From positions 8,093,095 to 8,157,094 of the forward strand of contig MU054391.1 of the NCBI GenBank assembly GCA_013239625.1: a DNA stretch of 64,000 bases, read 5' to 3'. This DNA comes from Lama guanicoe. Its lineage: Eukaryota. Below the pieces are notes generated by a model. The model ran no database searches, had not been told where the DNA came from, and saw only the letters and a program-made list of their open reading frames with translations. The stretch's first letter is position 1; every line of letters begins with the position of its first letter. The position numbers were made by a program, and so were the translations under genes. Shown here piece after piece: positions 39,976 through 53,480 of this stretch.

Positions 39976-41393
39976 CCCATGTGCATCATGCCACTTTTGC
40001 AGAAAACAGAGAGTGAAAATTAATTTCTCAATGCATACACATACTTCTGCTTCTTTATTGTGGCAAAAGCTTCAAGAAATGTTCTTTTCCTCTTTGTCTC
40101 TTCTGATGCTAATCAAAGAAATCCTGCCTCCTCTCTAGCATAAATATTTTCTCTCTCTCGCCTTCAAGGGTGAAAATGTAATAAACATAAAATAGTAACT
40201 TGTCAGTAATTCCTTGGGAGCTGGTTTCCCTTCACGGGGCTGACACAGCCCTGTTACCACCTGATCGACACGGATGAGCATGCATGTATCCAGGGCTCGG
40301 TCTCTTCCTCCAAGCACCCTGAGTACTGAAGCTGGGGATCATCACGTATGGCCTCATGTTATTGTTTCTGGGTGTTCTGGGGGAAGTATGTCTTGTTCCC
40401 CAGAATTTCCTCAACTTGTGAAAGACAAAAATAAAGACAAATACAAAGCTGTTTCTCCAAGACACTAAATCAAATCTATTAGTGATAATGCAAGATTCCG
40501 AAAAAGTTTTCTTAAAAAATGAAATATTAGTGATCTGCAGGGAAGTATACTGTCAGTCACAGCAATGACAGCTGACGGATAATAGAGCATATGCGTGTTT
40601 TTTGTTGTTTTAAGAGAGAAACGTTAACTATAGAATAGACACTTCTATAATACCAACTTGTTCGTTAATTGACAATCACAACTTACAGACTGAATGAATT
40701 CCTGGAATCTCCATTCAGGTTAGAAATCTGAATCAGAAAGCACAAATTCCTTTTCAAATGCAAGAAAAAGCCTTAATAATTTCATAGTCAGCCTTTGAAC
40801 CTAAGGATTTCTGATTCATGTGGTCTTGTGACAGCTAACTGTTCTTTTAGAACCCAGAATTTTTGAGAGCTCTGCTTAATACAGCATGAGGGACTTTGGG
40901 TATTTTGAGCAAATGGTAATTTTTGCACAGAGCCACTGAGCTCCAGGGACTAAACAGAAGAAGGCAGATCTATGGCCCTGGATTAGACCAGGAAACTCTG
41001 GAGCGTGAGGAAAGGCGTAAGTGTGTCAAGCTGGACCTCGAGATCCTGGCCCTTTCTGGCCACATATAGGACTTTCACACGGGAAAAAAAAAGTCTTGTA
41101 AAGTGGATTGGTGAGAGGATAAGGGGCCTTGCTTTACTGATTCTTCTTTGTGTCTCAGAATTTTGGAGCTGATTAGAACTCACCAAGTCTAGTCATCTGT
41201 ACAGACCTATGCTTGCTTCTAAATTAATTTCACACACACACACACATACATATACAGCTATACACAGGCAGTAATGTGATCATGGAAGACGCACTGCGAT
41301 TATTAGCGTACATTTTTGGACTTGGCTTGAACCTCTCCCTTCACTTTCTGTCTTCCCAGTTTCAAACTTGTCCTTCACCGCAAACCAGATAAC

Positions 41394-41399
41394 GTGTGT

Positions 41400-41438
<39 letters not shown>
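41394..41438. repeat. (TG)n microsatellite with CG interruptions
   Basis: Read directly. Confidence 0.95.
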
Positions 41439-41445
<7 letters not shown>

Positions 41446-41589
41446 TACTTTGAAGCTTAGAAATCATTGTTCCTTGCCTGTTTTTCAAAGTGAAGCCATA
41501 TTATATACACTTTCCTGTGTCTCGCTGTGATGGCTACATGGTATTCAGTGTTCCCGCGGTGACTGTAGCATGATTTAGCCTGACGATCC

Positions 41590-41990
41590 CTAGCTGATGG
41601 ACTTTTCACTGGTTTTCTAATTTTTCCGTCTACTGAACAATGCTTTGGTGACAATTCTAGTATCAATGCCCTGACGTATTTGTGTTTTCATTTTGTGGAT
41701 GGAACAGATTCCATGAGTGAGATTGCAAGTTTAAAGGAAATGTCTAATTTTGTATTTTCATGGATGTTGTTGGGCTGTTGTCTAAAAGCTCTGCCACGAT
41801 GCCCATTTCTGTCACAGTGGGTGAGGGGATGTTTTGCTGCATGCCTGCCGCTACTGTGTACTGTTGAACTTTAAATTTTTACCAGTCTTTTCAACGTAAG
41901 GATATATTTTAGTTACTTTGATCTGCATGTCTTTGGATACTAGAGACTTCAACCATTTTCTCATGCGTGTATTGGCCTTTTGGATAGACT
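41590..41990 (-). mobile_element. Very old L1M fragment
   Basis: gattccatgagtgagattgcaagtttaaagg...gttactttgatctgcatgtcttt...cattttctcatgcgtgtattggcc. Confidence 0.6.
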
Positions 41991-42337
41991 CTTTTGCTTT
42001 TGGAGTCTTCACATCTTTTGGATTTTATTAAATTCAGAGTGTCTTAATTTTGAAAATGAGACTTTCTTATAACTGAAAGGCAATTGGGCACCCACAAGGT
42101 ATGTCTAAATTAGCATAGAGGAAGAGAAGAGAGAACTTAGGGAATTGTGTCAAGACAGCAGGGGAAGGAGAAGATGACCTTGTTGTTTTCCTAACACATT
42201 TGGTTTGGCCCCTATTGTAAATAAGTTAACACAATAAACAAGCCACGTGCCATGGGATCCGTGGGTTGGCCTGTTAGAAGGGAAACGTAAGCAGATAAGT
42301 AATGTAAGTTACTACCCAGTGATGTGGTAACAAACAG

Positions 42338-42545
42338 CGGTAGGGGATTAAGAGGAACAAACTACTGTGTATAAAACAAATAAGCTAGAAGGACACATTG
42401 TACAGCACAGGAATGTAACCAATGTGTTATAATAACTATAAATGGAATATAACACTTAAAAATAGAGAATCACTGTGTTGTACACCTGTAGCTTACGTAA
42501 TATTGTATGTCAACTATGCCTCAATAAAAATAAATACATAAATAC
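42338..42545 (+). mobile_element. L1 3' end (artiodactyl-type)
   Basis: gattaagaggaacaaactact...tgtacagcacaggaat...atcactgtgttgtacacctg...caactatgcctcaataaaaa. Confidence 0.9.
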
Positions 42546-44595
42546 GTAAAGCGTGGAATTTCGGTAAAGAGCTTTTTTTTAATTCATTATGAGAGTGGAC
42601 CCCAGAAATCTGACATCCAGCCTGTCCTCTACTCAAAGCCACATTTCTGGAATGCTCTGCACTTACTCTAAGAGAGCTGCTGAAACAATTCAACTTGGGC
42701 AACCGCTTGGAGATCTGGAGAAGAACCTGAAGACTGACCCCAGGGCCAGCTTCCTTGTCTCCCTGGCCTCACGATGACCTTGTGTTTCACTTGCGTGCTG
42801 GTTCAGTAGCAATCTGGGGAGAAAGGCCCCCTGGGTAAACGCAGCTGCCATCCTTACTGACCCCTTCTCTGGACTAACTAGCCTTGGTGGTCAGGCAGGG
42901 CTCAGCCCCTTGTTCACAAGCTGTCACAAGGTTACACTGACAACAGATGTGATAGAACGTTGATTCTGTTTATCATCCCCGCCAAGATGAATCACGTCCA
43001 TTGCTCTTTGATCAGGGTTTGGTGAACAGACCCGTCTCAAGCATGAGGCCCTCGGGGGCAAGAGAGTAGGGCCGTGTCAAATGTGTAGAGAGTACTCGGT
43101 CGTGATGGCTGGGCTGGGCTGGGTGAGGGAGTCCAGTATGACATTAAACTGAAGACTTCTCCCAGCTCGGTGCCCTGGGATCAGTTCCACAGCAGTCTCT
43201 GCTTGAATAGAGGATATCCCCACCCCTGTCCCTGTGACACTCTGCCACCAAGTCCCTTCTCCTCAAAGAGATCTTGGTTTAGTGGGGATAACCTGGCAAG
43301 TAAGAGGATGCTTTGTTCATGGGTGGCCCTTGCAGTGACAGAGGGATTAAGACATCTCAAAAGAACCAAGCCAAGGGACTGTGTGGCCAGCCCTCCCAGA
43401 AGAAACACTTCTGCTTGAATATTGAGTAGACATCCAACAGGACACATGGGAAGGAAAGGAAGCCTCCCCGGGTGTGGGCGGGGGCTCTGGGTCTGGGCCT
43501 CCCAGGCTGTGACCTCCCGCAGCTCTCTTCCTCCCCCCAGGCATCAGTGTCTTCATCTGTCATGTGTCTAACATTCATTCCCTTGCAACTCCTTGCTGGT
43601 TAATAATCAAATAGGTTACCGTGTGTGAAATCACATTTTAAAGTTTAAAGTTCTACTGATGATGGTGATGATGACTTACTGGGCTCCGAGAGTGTGACTG
43701 TACAGAGTAAGGAGTTTGATTGTTCGCTTTGCAAAACCATAGCTTAATGCTGGATGCTGAAAACGGTCCACCTCCAAAAGTAATGATATACTTGCTTCTC
43801 TGAAGGGAAGGGCAAAGCAATGGGATTATAAATGCATTTTAAATGCTCATATTTATAATTTAAACAAAGCTTTTCGTGGGCTTCCTCTGTTTCCTTCACC
43901 GGAACATCAGCCTCCTCACCCCCTCCTTCCCCACCTTCCTCCTCCTCCTCTTCTTGGCACCTACTATGCAGGGACTGCTGCGGACGACGAACTGGACTGA
44001 TCACTCTGTGTACGTGGCATCATCAAGCCTCACTGTAAAATTACACAGAAGCTGTTCTCATGCACAAATTAGAGGTGAGATAAGTAAAGTTTAGGAGGTT
44101 TAAACAGCTTTTTTCCTAAAGCCCACGCATAGACTCGGGGGTTTGGTTCTAGCCCCTGTGCACAGCCATGTGACTTCATTGTTCGCACGTATGGTTAATA
44201 AGCAGAATGGGTTCAGCTTTAAAATTCTTAGATTATCTGCCCTTCTAAGGAGCACCGAATCATCTGTACAGCAATGAAGATGCCCACTGCATTTCCCTTT
44301 CTGAATGTAGTCCACAGTGGTGGTATCAAGGAAACGCTGGCAGTGGGATATGAAGGATGACCTATCATGCTTTCTGTTTTTTGATATCAAAAATCAACAT
44401 CTCATATTGTGCATAGGCACCTTCAATCTCCCATTCTATCAAGTGTCTGTTCTTAAACCTTCTTTAACAAGATATACTGCTGCAATCACTGCCTGATTTA
44501 TCAACGCAGAAAATCATCAGACGAAAGCGCCGGGACCGGCGGCGTGCGGTGGGTGATGCGGAGTCAAGTTACGCCCACGCTTTTCTACAGAGCGG

Positions 44596-45058
44596 CTGCA
44601 TGCGTCTCCCAAGGCTTCCTTAGCGAGGTGCCATCAACCGGGTGGCTTAAAACAACAGAGTGTATTCTCCCACAGTTCTGGAGGCTACAAGCCCAAAATC
44701 AAGGTGTCAGCAGGGCCACGCCCTGTCTCCCAGTTCCTGATTGTCACCGGCAGTCCTCAGCGTGTCTTGTTTTGCAGGCGCGTAACTCCAGTTGCTGCCT
44801 CTCCGGCCCCATCTGTCTTCCCTCTGAGTGTCTGTGCCCTCCCAGGTGTTCGCCTCTCTGTGTGCACCTGCCCTCGCACAAAGGTCTCCTCTTCATATAA
44901 GGGCACCAGTCATAGTGGACTGAGGACACCTTACTCCAGAACAATCTCACCTTAACTCAGTCACATCTGCAAGACTCCATCCCTCTGTAAGGACATCTTC
45001 ACAGGTACCGAGGGCACCTATCATTTTGCGGGTGGGGGCACAGGTTCAACCTCCAACA
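44596..45058 (-). mobile_element. MLT1-family MaLR solo LTR
   Basis: gggtggcttaaaacaacagagtgtattctcccacagttctggaggct...caaggtgtcagcagggcca...cacatctgcaagac...ggttcaacctccaaca. Confidence 0.9.
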
Positions 45059-46239
45059 GGGCACCAGGAAATAAATAATGTCCCTCTATTATTTAGCACA
45101 GTTCTAAAAAGAGGGGTCAAGCAAATGATCTCTAACTTCCTTTCTAACCCTAACAGACCATGGCCCTGAAGCCAAGGGGATTTAGAGTATTTCTGTAGTC
45201 TGGAGAGTTTGTTTTCTTTGGGAGAAAAGATGAATAAATGCTACTTCTTGCACACACGTGCATGCAGGCACACACGCCAGGATTCAGAGAGTGCAGTTTG
45301 ATGCACACAGTGTGCTGACGCGGGCGGAAGACAGAGATCTCTAAGACGTCAGGCCCGCACCGGATTGCCACGAGCTGATGCAGCGCCTTGCTTCTGAGGT
45401 CACCTGCTAAACAGCTCACAGCAGGTTTGTTTGCACAAAGATTAATTAAGAGATTAACCAGGTGACTTTGCAAAAGCCCCTGAAGGCTTTTCATGGAAGC
45501 TCATAAAACATATTTGTGGGTGGTTGTTAATGTTTATGAGTGAGTGAGTGTGTGTGTGTGCGTGCATGTGTGTGTGTGTGTTTAGCCACAATCCAGCTCT
45601 GCAGAAACAGATCTGCACAAGCCCTTAGCTTTCCTCTTTTTGAGATCTCATTATCTGAATGACTTCCTGCAGACTAAAAAGTAAGCAAACGATTTTTAGG
45701 ACTGCAACCACCCATTTGTTGGATGACAACTATATGATGTATTAAACACAGGCCACAGATAATGAAAGTTGATTTTCAGTGCTTCCAATGACTATGAACC
45801 AGTGTGTACGCTCAGAAGAAAAATGAAACCCAAAGGCTTACAGCAAGGAGTTTCTTCTGGTTTATCGTGCATTTCTCTTCGTAGGGGAGGACTTCAGCTT
45901 TGCATAGTTCATCTCACCTTCAACTATGGGAAAGTTTTCTTATGGTTCCCATTTTACAGAATAGTTCGAGGCTTCTGCATTTGAACTGAGATTTGCTAGA
46001 CTCAAAATCGTGAGCAATTGTCTCTAAGCCATGATGTGTGTGTGTTCACAAAGAGATAAAGGCAATGATGATCCTCAACGGAGTTGTGTTAGGGAATGGT
46101 AACTTTCTAGTTCGTTTCTTGCCCCACAGAATCATTCCAGGTTGCTCCTTATGAAATGCCAGGGTGCTTAAAAGTGTTAAGTCTGATAACTAGATACAGA
46201 ATGGCTGGATAGTGGGGTAGAAAAGAGGTTTGTGGCATC

Positions 46240-46483
46240 TGTATTAGGGTTTTCCAGAGAAATAGAACTAATAGGATGTGTGTATGTGTAAAAACATATT
46301 TTGTATATGTTTCTATGTATGTTTTATATATATATACACATAAAATCTGTTTTAATCAGTCTCCTGATTTAAATGTGAATCTCATCCAAAGACACCCTCA
46401 CAGAAACATCCAGAATAATGTTTGACCAACTCTCTGGGCATCCTGTGGTGCAGTCAAACTGACACACAAAACTAACCACCACA
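46240..46483 (-). mobile_element. MLT2 (ERVL) LTR, internally deleted
   Basis: tgtattagggttttccagagaaatagaactaatagg ... caccctcacagaaacatccagaataatgtttgacc...actaaccaccaca; both termini present. Confidence 0.9.
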
Positions 46484-46719
46484 GCACTGGGGAACCTCCC
46501 TTTTGAGAAAATGAAGCTCATCCAATTTGCCAAAATGAATAAAGCTTCATCTTACTTGGACCTAGAGGGAATATAAGCATAACTTGAAAACTAAGAAAAA
46601 ACTTACACTATTTCTGCACCGAAGCTCCTTTCCCCCTTCACATCTAATTAGTTCTCTGAAGTTCTCTGTGAGGGTCATCTCCCACCGTTTCTTTCCACTC
46701 ATGTGATGTGCTAAAAATG

Positions 46720-47450
46720 CCAGAGGGTACTATTGTTCCCTGAACACCCCACGTGGCCGTGCACCCCCATGCCCCCGAGCCTTGCTCCTGCTGTGCCCTC
46801 TGCATTCAGTGACCTTTCCTGCCCCACCTCTTCCACCAGGAGAAACCCACCCAGCTGTCAAAGACCAGTACCATCTCCCCGGGAGGCTTTTCCCACCACT
46901 CTGACAAACAGCACTGACCTGTCCTGGGGCTGTCCTTGCAGGCAGGCTGATTGCCCACCCCCTACAGCCCGTCAGTCAACAGCAGCAGCCCGGCCTCTCC
47001 CGCTCCTTCTGCAGGAATCCCCCAGGGCTCCCTCACTTTGTTCTCAACATGCTCCCTTTGAGTCCCGTCTCAGCCCGTTTCTGCTTTTGCCTCTGCTTCT
47101 ACTTGGTTGATTTTGTATTGGCACCTGTCTCTGCTAAGTTTGGCTTCTGAGGCTTCCCAAAGAGCCATTATTTTCTATATTGCTGCCCCATTCTTTCGAC
47201 GATACCCTTCTGGAAGACCCAGTTCCCACAAGGAGCCCTCTGGACTGCTCTCTGCGTGGACACACTTGCAGACAATTTGTGACTCTAGGCTGAGTCTGTG
47301 TAATTATTTCTCTCCTGTTGGATAGACAGTGAGGTCTTCTCGTGTAGAAATTCTATCTTATTCGTCTTTGAACTGCTTGTGATTTCCTTGTGCCAGCATG
47401 TTTTATATGCTTAATAAATATGTGTGATACGACTCAATGAATAAAATTAA
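46720..47450 (+). mobile_element. L2 fragments
   Basis: cttgctcctgctgtgccctctgc...catctccccgggaggcttttcc; 3' end tgcttaataaatatgtg...aatgaataaa. Confidence 0.55.
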
Positions 47451-48029
47451 ATACATCTGTATCTTGAGTGTCCTCTTTGCTCCTCTAAGCTTCTAAATTC
47501 CTTTCAGTGCTAATTCCAGCCTTCTTGGACTACCCCTGCTGCAGGTGATTTGTTTTTAACTGGGTTCCTGTTTCCCGTAGAAACCACATATGATAAATTA
47601 GAATGCGTGGTTATATTCTGTGTCTCCCACTGAAGCTCCATGAGCAATCAGCACTCTGCTCCTTTCATGTGTTTACAACATGCTTAAGAGAGTAATTTTT
47701 AAATAATGACTTTGTGCTGAAAAATTGGTTCCAAATTGCTTTTTTTAACTCGCACTTTGTGCTGGTTACAGATAAGTCGCATTCCTGTTTCTCAGGCATT
47801 TGTGAGTATTTTTGAGGGCGAGGGCAATAATTAATCATCACTGTAAACTTGACATTTCACTGGTGCCTGGGACTGAACAGTGACTAAGGCAACGTTCTGT
47901 GATGCAATGAGTGATATATTATGACAGTCTCCAGACTGTCTGTTCATTACTTAATAAGGGGAAAAGATAATTCCTATTTATTAACTATTTTATTCAATGT
48001 ATCCTGTGTGGTAATTTATATTTATGATC

Positions 48030-48140
48030 TCATTCAGGCCTTGGGGACATCATTTAACCTTTCTTGGCCTTGGTTTCATCACCTGTAAAGTGGAGGTGAT
48101 ATTAATACTTACCTTACAGGATTGTGATAATTGGTCAAAT
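48030..48140 (+). mobile_element. MIR core fragment
   Basis: catttaacctttcttggccttggtttcatcacctgtaaagtggaggtgatattaatacttaccttacaggattgtg. Confidence 0.8.
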
Positions 48141-48559
48141 TGATAAATATAAAACCACTGGATTATATATTTTAAAAGAGTGAATATTATGATGTGAATT
48201 ATATCTTAATAAACATGTTATTAATTTTTTAAAAGCCCATGGATATGGTGAACATAGTGCTTTCATACTTGATGGGGGGAGATGAACAAAAAGAACCACC
48301 TTCTCTACTCAACTTCTTGAGTGTGATAGATAAAGCTCAGCCCTTCAATGGGGAAATGAAAATAGTCTTTCCTAGAAAGTCCAGTAGGAAAGAATAAAAG
48401 ATACTAATATTATTGTTATTTTTAAAAGGATACACTCAGGCAGATGATCCTACAGTAAAGACCTGTGCTTTTAAATTAATGTTCCACTTTCTCACACAAA
48501 GAGCTTATAGTGCATTTAAGAAAATTGTGTAAGGATTGTTCTAATAAGAATTTTAAAAT

Positions 48560-48910
48560 AGTTTTAAAAAATATAACATATACCCCCAAATGCACAGGGT
48601 TATGTATGATGAATTATCAAAAAGTAAACACATTTTGATAAATTGTACCTAGGTCAGGAAATAACATATTACCAGTACCCTTGAGCCACCCTGGGTCCTC
48701 CTCCAACCACAGTTCCTCCAAGATAACCACTCTCCTGATTTCTAACAACATAGATGAGGTTTGCCTGACTGAAATGCATACATATGAGATCACATGATAC
48801 ATATTCTTTTAGCCTGGCTTCATTGGTTCAGTAATACATTTGTGAGACTGATCTCTGTTGCCACATGTTTTAGTAGCTCATTCATTTTAACTGCTGTATA
48901 GTATTCCCTT
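48560..48910 (-). mobile_element. L1M 3' UTR fragment
   Basis: gataaccactctcctgatttctaacaacatagat...gtttgcct...tcattcattttaactgctgtatagtattcc. Confidence 0.8.
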
Positions 48911-49264
48911 AAGTTAGCTTTCTGATTTCCTATTTGTAAACATAAGCAGACATATGAGGATGATCAAACATGGCAGTAATGTATCTATTTCAGAAGATCC
49001 AAAAAAATGTTATATAAAAAGGTCAATATTTAAAAAGAAAAAACAGAGAAAAGATATAGAAAGAATACTTCAAAAACAAAATAAAACAAGAACAAAAGCA
49101 AACAAACAAAAAAACAGACCAAAAAACCCCCACGATCAAGTAGTAATTCGCTCAGAGACAGGAGAGAACATATTGTATCGATGAAGCAAGAACTACATGA
49201 AATGAAAATGACAATTCAAAACTTAAAAAGAATATGGATTTAAGAAAATTCGCCCAGTATATGT

Positions 49265-49305
49265 AAGATAAGTAAATAAAGATAAGTAAATAAAGATAAG
49301 TAAAT
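49265..49305. repeat. 14-bp tandem repeat, about 2.9 copies
   Basis: agataagtaaataa at 49266, 49280 and partial at 49294. Confidence 0.9.
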
Positions 49306-49933
49306 CTCCAAAAACTGGAACACAAAAAGGAAGCAATGGAGTAGGAGAAAGAAGTGAGAAGTGAGAGGGTGAGCACAGGAGTTCTGGCCTCTGAATTATT
49401 AGAAAGACAGGGAAGAAATTATCAAAGGACTACTGCCTGACAATTTCACATGGGAATGAATAGCTGGTGCTTAGCCCCAGATACGAAGTTAGGACCATAC
49501 TGAGGCAAAAAAAAAAAAAAATTGTGAAATCGTAGAACAACAGGAGAAATGAGGCAGCCCTAAAATTCTAGAGGGAGGGAAGAAAGTGCCTCGAACGAAA
49601 TAACAAGCATCAGAAACGAAGTGCCTTCCCATCAGCATGGCTGAAAACCAGAAACAGAAAGCCTCCTATCTCTGACAAGGGAAAAAACATTCCAACCTGA
49701 CATTCGACATCCTGACTATAAATTAAATGTGAGATAGAACAAACACAGCTTGAGATAGTCACACAATTACAAATTCATGTGCCATCCAGTTTTTAGAGCA
49801 AAAGAGTGGGGTTTCTCTGCGAAGTGGCCTTGCATTTGCACTGTTTACAGCCCCATCACCTACTCCGTGCTCTGCGTCCTTTCCAGAAATTGGGCAGTTA
49901 GCTGCCTGCATGTTCTACCACTGTTAATGTTTG

Positions 49934-51750
49934 TTTGTTTTTTAAATTTTTAATTGAAGTAGAGTTGATTTAGAATATTATTTTAGTTTCAGGTATACAA
50001 CACAGTGATTCAATATTTTTATAGATTATACTCAAATTAAAGTTAGTACAAAATAATGGCTGTATTTCCCCGTAGGGGAATGTACAACATAGCCTTATGA
50101 TTTATTTTATACATAGTAGTTTATGCTTCAGTCCTGTACCTGTCTTGTCGCTTCCCACTTCCATGTCCTCACTAGTAACCACTAGTTTATTCTCTATATC
50201 TGTGAGTCTGTTTCTGATGTTCATTATGTACACTCCTTTGTTTCACTTTTTAAGATTCCACATATGAGTGGTAACACAGAGTATTTGTCTTTCTTTTTCT
50301 TTCACATGCATAATATGTCTCAGGTCCATCCACATTGTTGCAAGTGGCAGAATTTCATTTGTTTACAGCTGAGTAATATTCCACTGTGTGTGTGTATGTG
50401 TGTGTGTGTATACACATGTACTTATACATGTGTGTGTGTGTGTGTGTGTGTGTATAACATCTTTTTATTCATCTGTTTTTGGTCACTTAGATTGCTTCCA
50501 GGTTTTAGATATTGTAAACAATGCTGCTATGAACACTGAGGTACATGTATCTTCTCAAATTAGTGTTTTCATTTTCTTGGGTATATACACATCAGTGGAA
50601 TTGCTGGACCATTTATTAATTCTATTTTTAGTTTCTTGAGGAAACTCCATACTGCTTTTCATAATGGCTGCACCAATTTGCAACTCCACCAAAAGCGTGC
50701 TAGGGTTGCCTTTTCTCCACATCTTCAGCTACGTTTGTTATTTGTGACCTTCTTGATGATAGCCAGTGTGACAGGTGTGAGGTTATTCTCATTGTGGGTT
50801 TGATTGTATTTCTCTGATGATTAGCAATGCTGAGCATTTTTCATGTGCCTGTTTGGACATCTGTATGTCTTTTTTGGAAAAATGTCTATTCAGGTCTTCT
50901 CCCCATTTTTTAATTGGATTTTTTATATTGATTTGTATGAACTGTTTAGATATCCTAGATTAACCCCTTATCAGTCATGTCATTTACAGGTATTTTCTTC
51001 CATTCAGGAGGCTGTCTTTCTGTTTTGTCGAAGGTTTTTTTTGTTGTGCAAAAGCTTTTAAGTTGGATTAAGTCCTATTTTAAAATTTTTGCTTATATTT
51101 CCTTCGCTTCAGGAGATAGATTCAAAAAATACTGTTACAATATATGTCAAAGAGCGTTCTGCCTATGTCCTCTTTTAGGAGTTTCATGGTTTCGAGTCTT
51201 ATATTTACATGTTTAATTCACTTTGCGTTTATTTTTATACGGTGTGAGGAAATGTTCTCACCTCATTCTTTTACAAGAAGCTGCCCAGTTGTCCCAGCAG
51301 TACTTGTTGAAGAGACTGTCTTTCCTTCACTGTATATTCTTGCCTCCTTTGTCATAGATTAATTAACCATAAGTGCATGGGTTTATTTCAGGGCCTCTGT
51401 TGTGACCCACGTGTCTGTTTTCGTGCCGATACCATGCTGTTTTCGTTATTGAAGCTTTGTAGTATAGCCTGAAGTCAGGGGCTGAGATGCCTGAAGCTTT
51501 GCTCCTCTTCCTCGAGATGGCTTTGGCAATTCAGGGTCTTTGGAGATTCCATACAAATTTTAGGATTATTTGTTCTAGTTCTGTGAAGAATGTCATGGGT
51601 ATTTTGATAGAGATTGCATTAAATCTGTAGATTGCTTTGGGTAGTATGTCCATTTTAACAATATTAATTCTTCCTATCCAAGTGCACAGAGTATTTTTCT
51701 ATTTCTTTGTCTCATTTTCAAATTCTTTCATCAGTGTTGTATAGGTCTTT
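49934..51750 (-). mobile_element. 5'-truncated L1 (ORF2 C-terminal part plus 3' UTR) with 13-bp TSD
   Basis: Continuous antisense L1 ORF2/3'UTR similarity; TSD ctgttaatgtttg at 49921-49933 and 51751-51763. Confidence 0.97.
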
Positions 51751-52299
51751 CTGTTAATGTTTGGTGGGTGGGTAGCAAGCATCCTGAGCTGTGAAGGAAG
51801 GCCAGCAGGTCTGCAGCAAACACCAGCTTGGGTTCTGGTTTTGAGCAATCCAGTTTCCAATCTGCACTAGCCTAGAGCACTTGCTGAATCACAGAGTAGA
51901 CAAGTGTGAGGCCCCACGGCATTTTTGACACTGCTGCGGTTTTGTTTTTGTTTTTTTCCCTTCCTCTAGAAACCACTGAAATCTTAATGTCTATATTTGA
52001 AGTACTGGGTATGGTTTTAATTCTACTTGAGCTGAAAAGAGCACAGGATTCCTTCAAACACAAAGAGAAAATTAAAGAACTCTGGGGGCAAATTACAAAT
52101 AACGAATGCAAGATGTTTTTACAGTAGGGACTACAGTTCTGGTAGTTTTCATGAAAGCAGATAATCCCCTCACTCTTGTTTCCATTTAAAAGTGTTTTCT
52201 TTTTTCATCCAGTGACTGGAGGAGGGGGATAGACAGCTATTAGAAGATATATTTGGTATAATGAGAGTAGTGTCTAATATTTCAGGAGAAAGGAATACA

Positions 52300-52337
52300 T
52301 AAGTAAGTAAGTAAGTAAATAAATAAATAAATAAATA
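52300..52337. repeat. (TAAG)n(TAAA)n compound tetranucleotide repeat
   Basis: Read directly. Confidence 0.9.
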
Positions 52338-52654
52338 GTTTCCACATACGTTTTGCTGAACTGAAGAGGGGAAAAAAGTTGCCAGAAAATCTTAGCACCA
52401 AGTGTGATGCTTTAGGTGATTGTTAGAGATTTCAATTCAGAGGTCGGTCAAGAGCCATAGATTTCTCTTCAGTTAAAAGCAAGGATGCATGTTGCTTTGA
52501 GAACAATGAGCCCATCTTGGGCTTTAGGACAATCAGGAAAGACAATTGCTATGATTCTGTGGTTTAGATAGGTAAAATCATTCATTCCCTTTCAGTAAGA
52601 TAAATAATATTTTCTGCAATAAAATTGATGGAAATTGACTTTTTAGTAAATGGT

Positions 52655-53229
52655 TGAAGGAGGATTAATAAAATGGCTGCACTGAGGCTAACAGATTGCT
52701 TAATTTTAGGCTTGCCCTTAAAATGGCCAACTGACCTGTCTGACCGGGTGCTACTCACAGCTCCAGGCCCACTGTTAAAACGGAAGTTATTGATCTTACT
52801 GTTTCTACTTTATTCCCGTAATTGAAAGTAATAATCATGCTTGGTCTCTGAGTCCTTCTCCAAGGAGACGGTCACAGGACTACAACCTTAGAAAATAGCC
52901 TGAATTACCAAGAAGACCACACCTTGAGGGCTTAAAGAGATCTAACCGCTGGCCCCTAGAGAACTGGTCGCCTGGAGGCATCATGACGCCATTCTGTCTT
53001 CCGATGAGAATGTGATTCTGTTGACTGTTATGGAAGCTTTACTGTTTGAGCTATGGCTGTATGACCACCCCACCCCATCCTCAAGGTGGGTGCACAGTTT
53101 TGAAGGCACTGGCCTGCTGGGAGTCCCCTTTGCCCGGCAAAGCAATAAAATGCCTCTTTTCATCTCAGCTCCAAGACCTTGCCTCTGGGTTATTTGGCTC
53201 GTCAGGGACGGGGCCGATCTTTCGCAACA
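52655..53229 (+). mobile_element. ERV1-type solo LTR, 575 bp
   Basis: TG...CA termini (tgaagg...gcaaca), AATAAA at 53144-53149, 4-bp TSD tggt at 52651-52654 and 53230-53233. Confidence 0.85.
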
Positions 53230-53480
53230 TGGTGACCCATTGCCTTCAAAATCACAGGTTCTACACATTTACTGAATAAATGTACTTAAATGTAAGCTTA
53301 TGGTTTGATAGTTTTGTATTTTTACTTACAAAGGGATGAAAACTCATCTTTATTAAGTATATATATGGTATATGTATATATATTGTATATATGTATGCAC
53401 ATACATATTATATATATATGTATAAAAGATCAAATGGGAAAAGAGAAAAGAACATTTACACTTATTTCTTTTATTTAGTC

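Noticed and set aside
53230..53247. tggtgaccc after the LTR as a primer-binding site
   Set aside because: tggt also precedes the LTR, so it is the TSD; no internal proviral sequence follows
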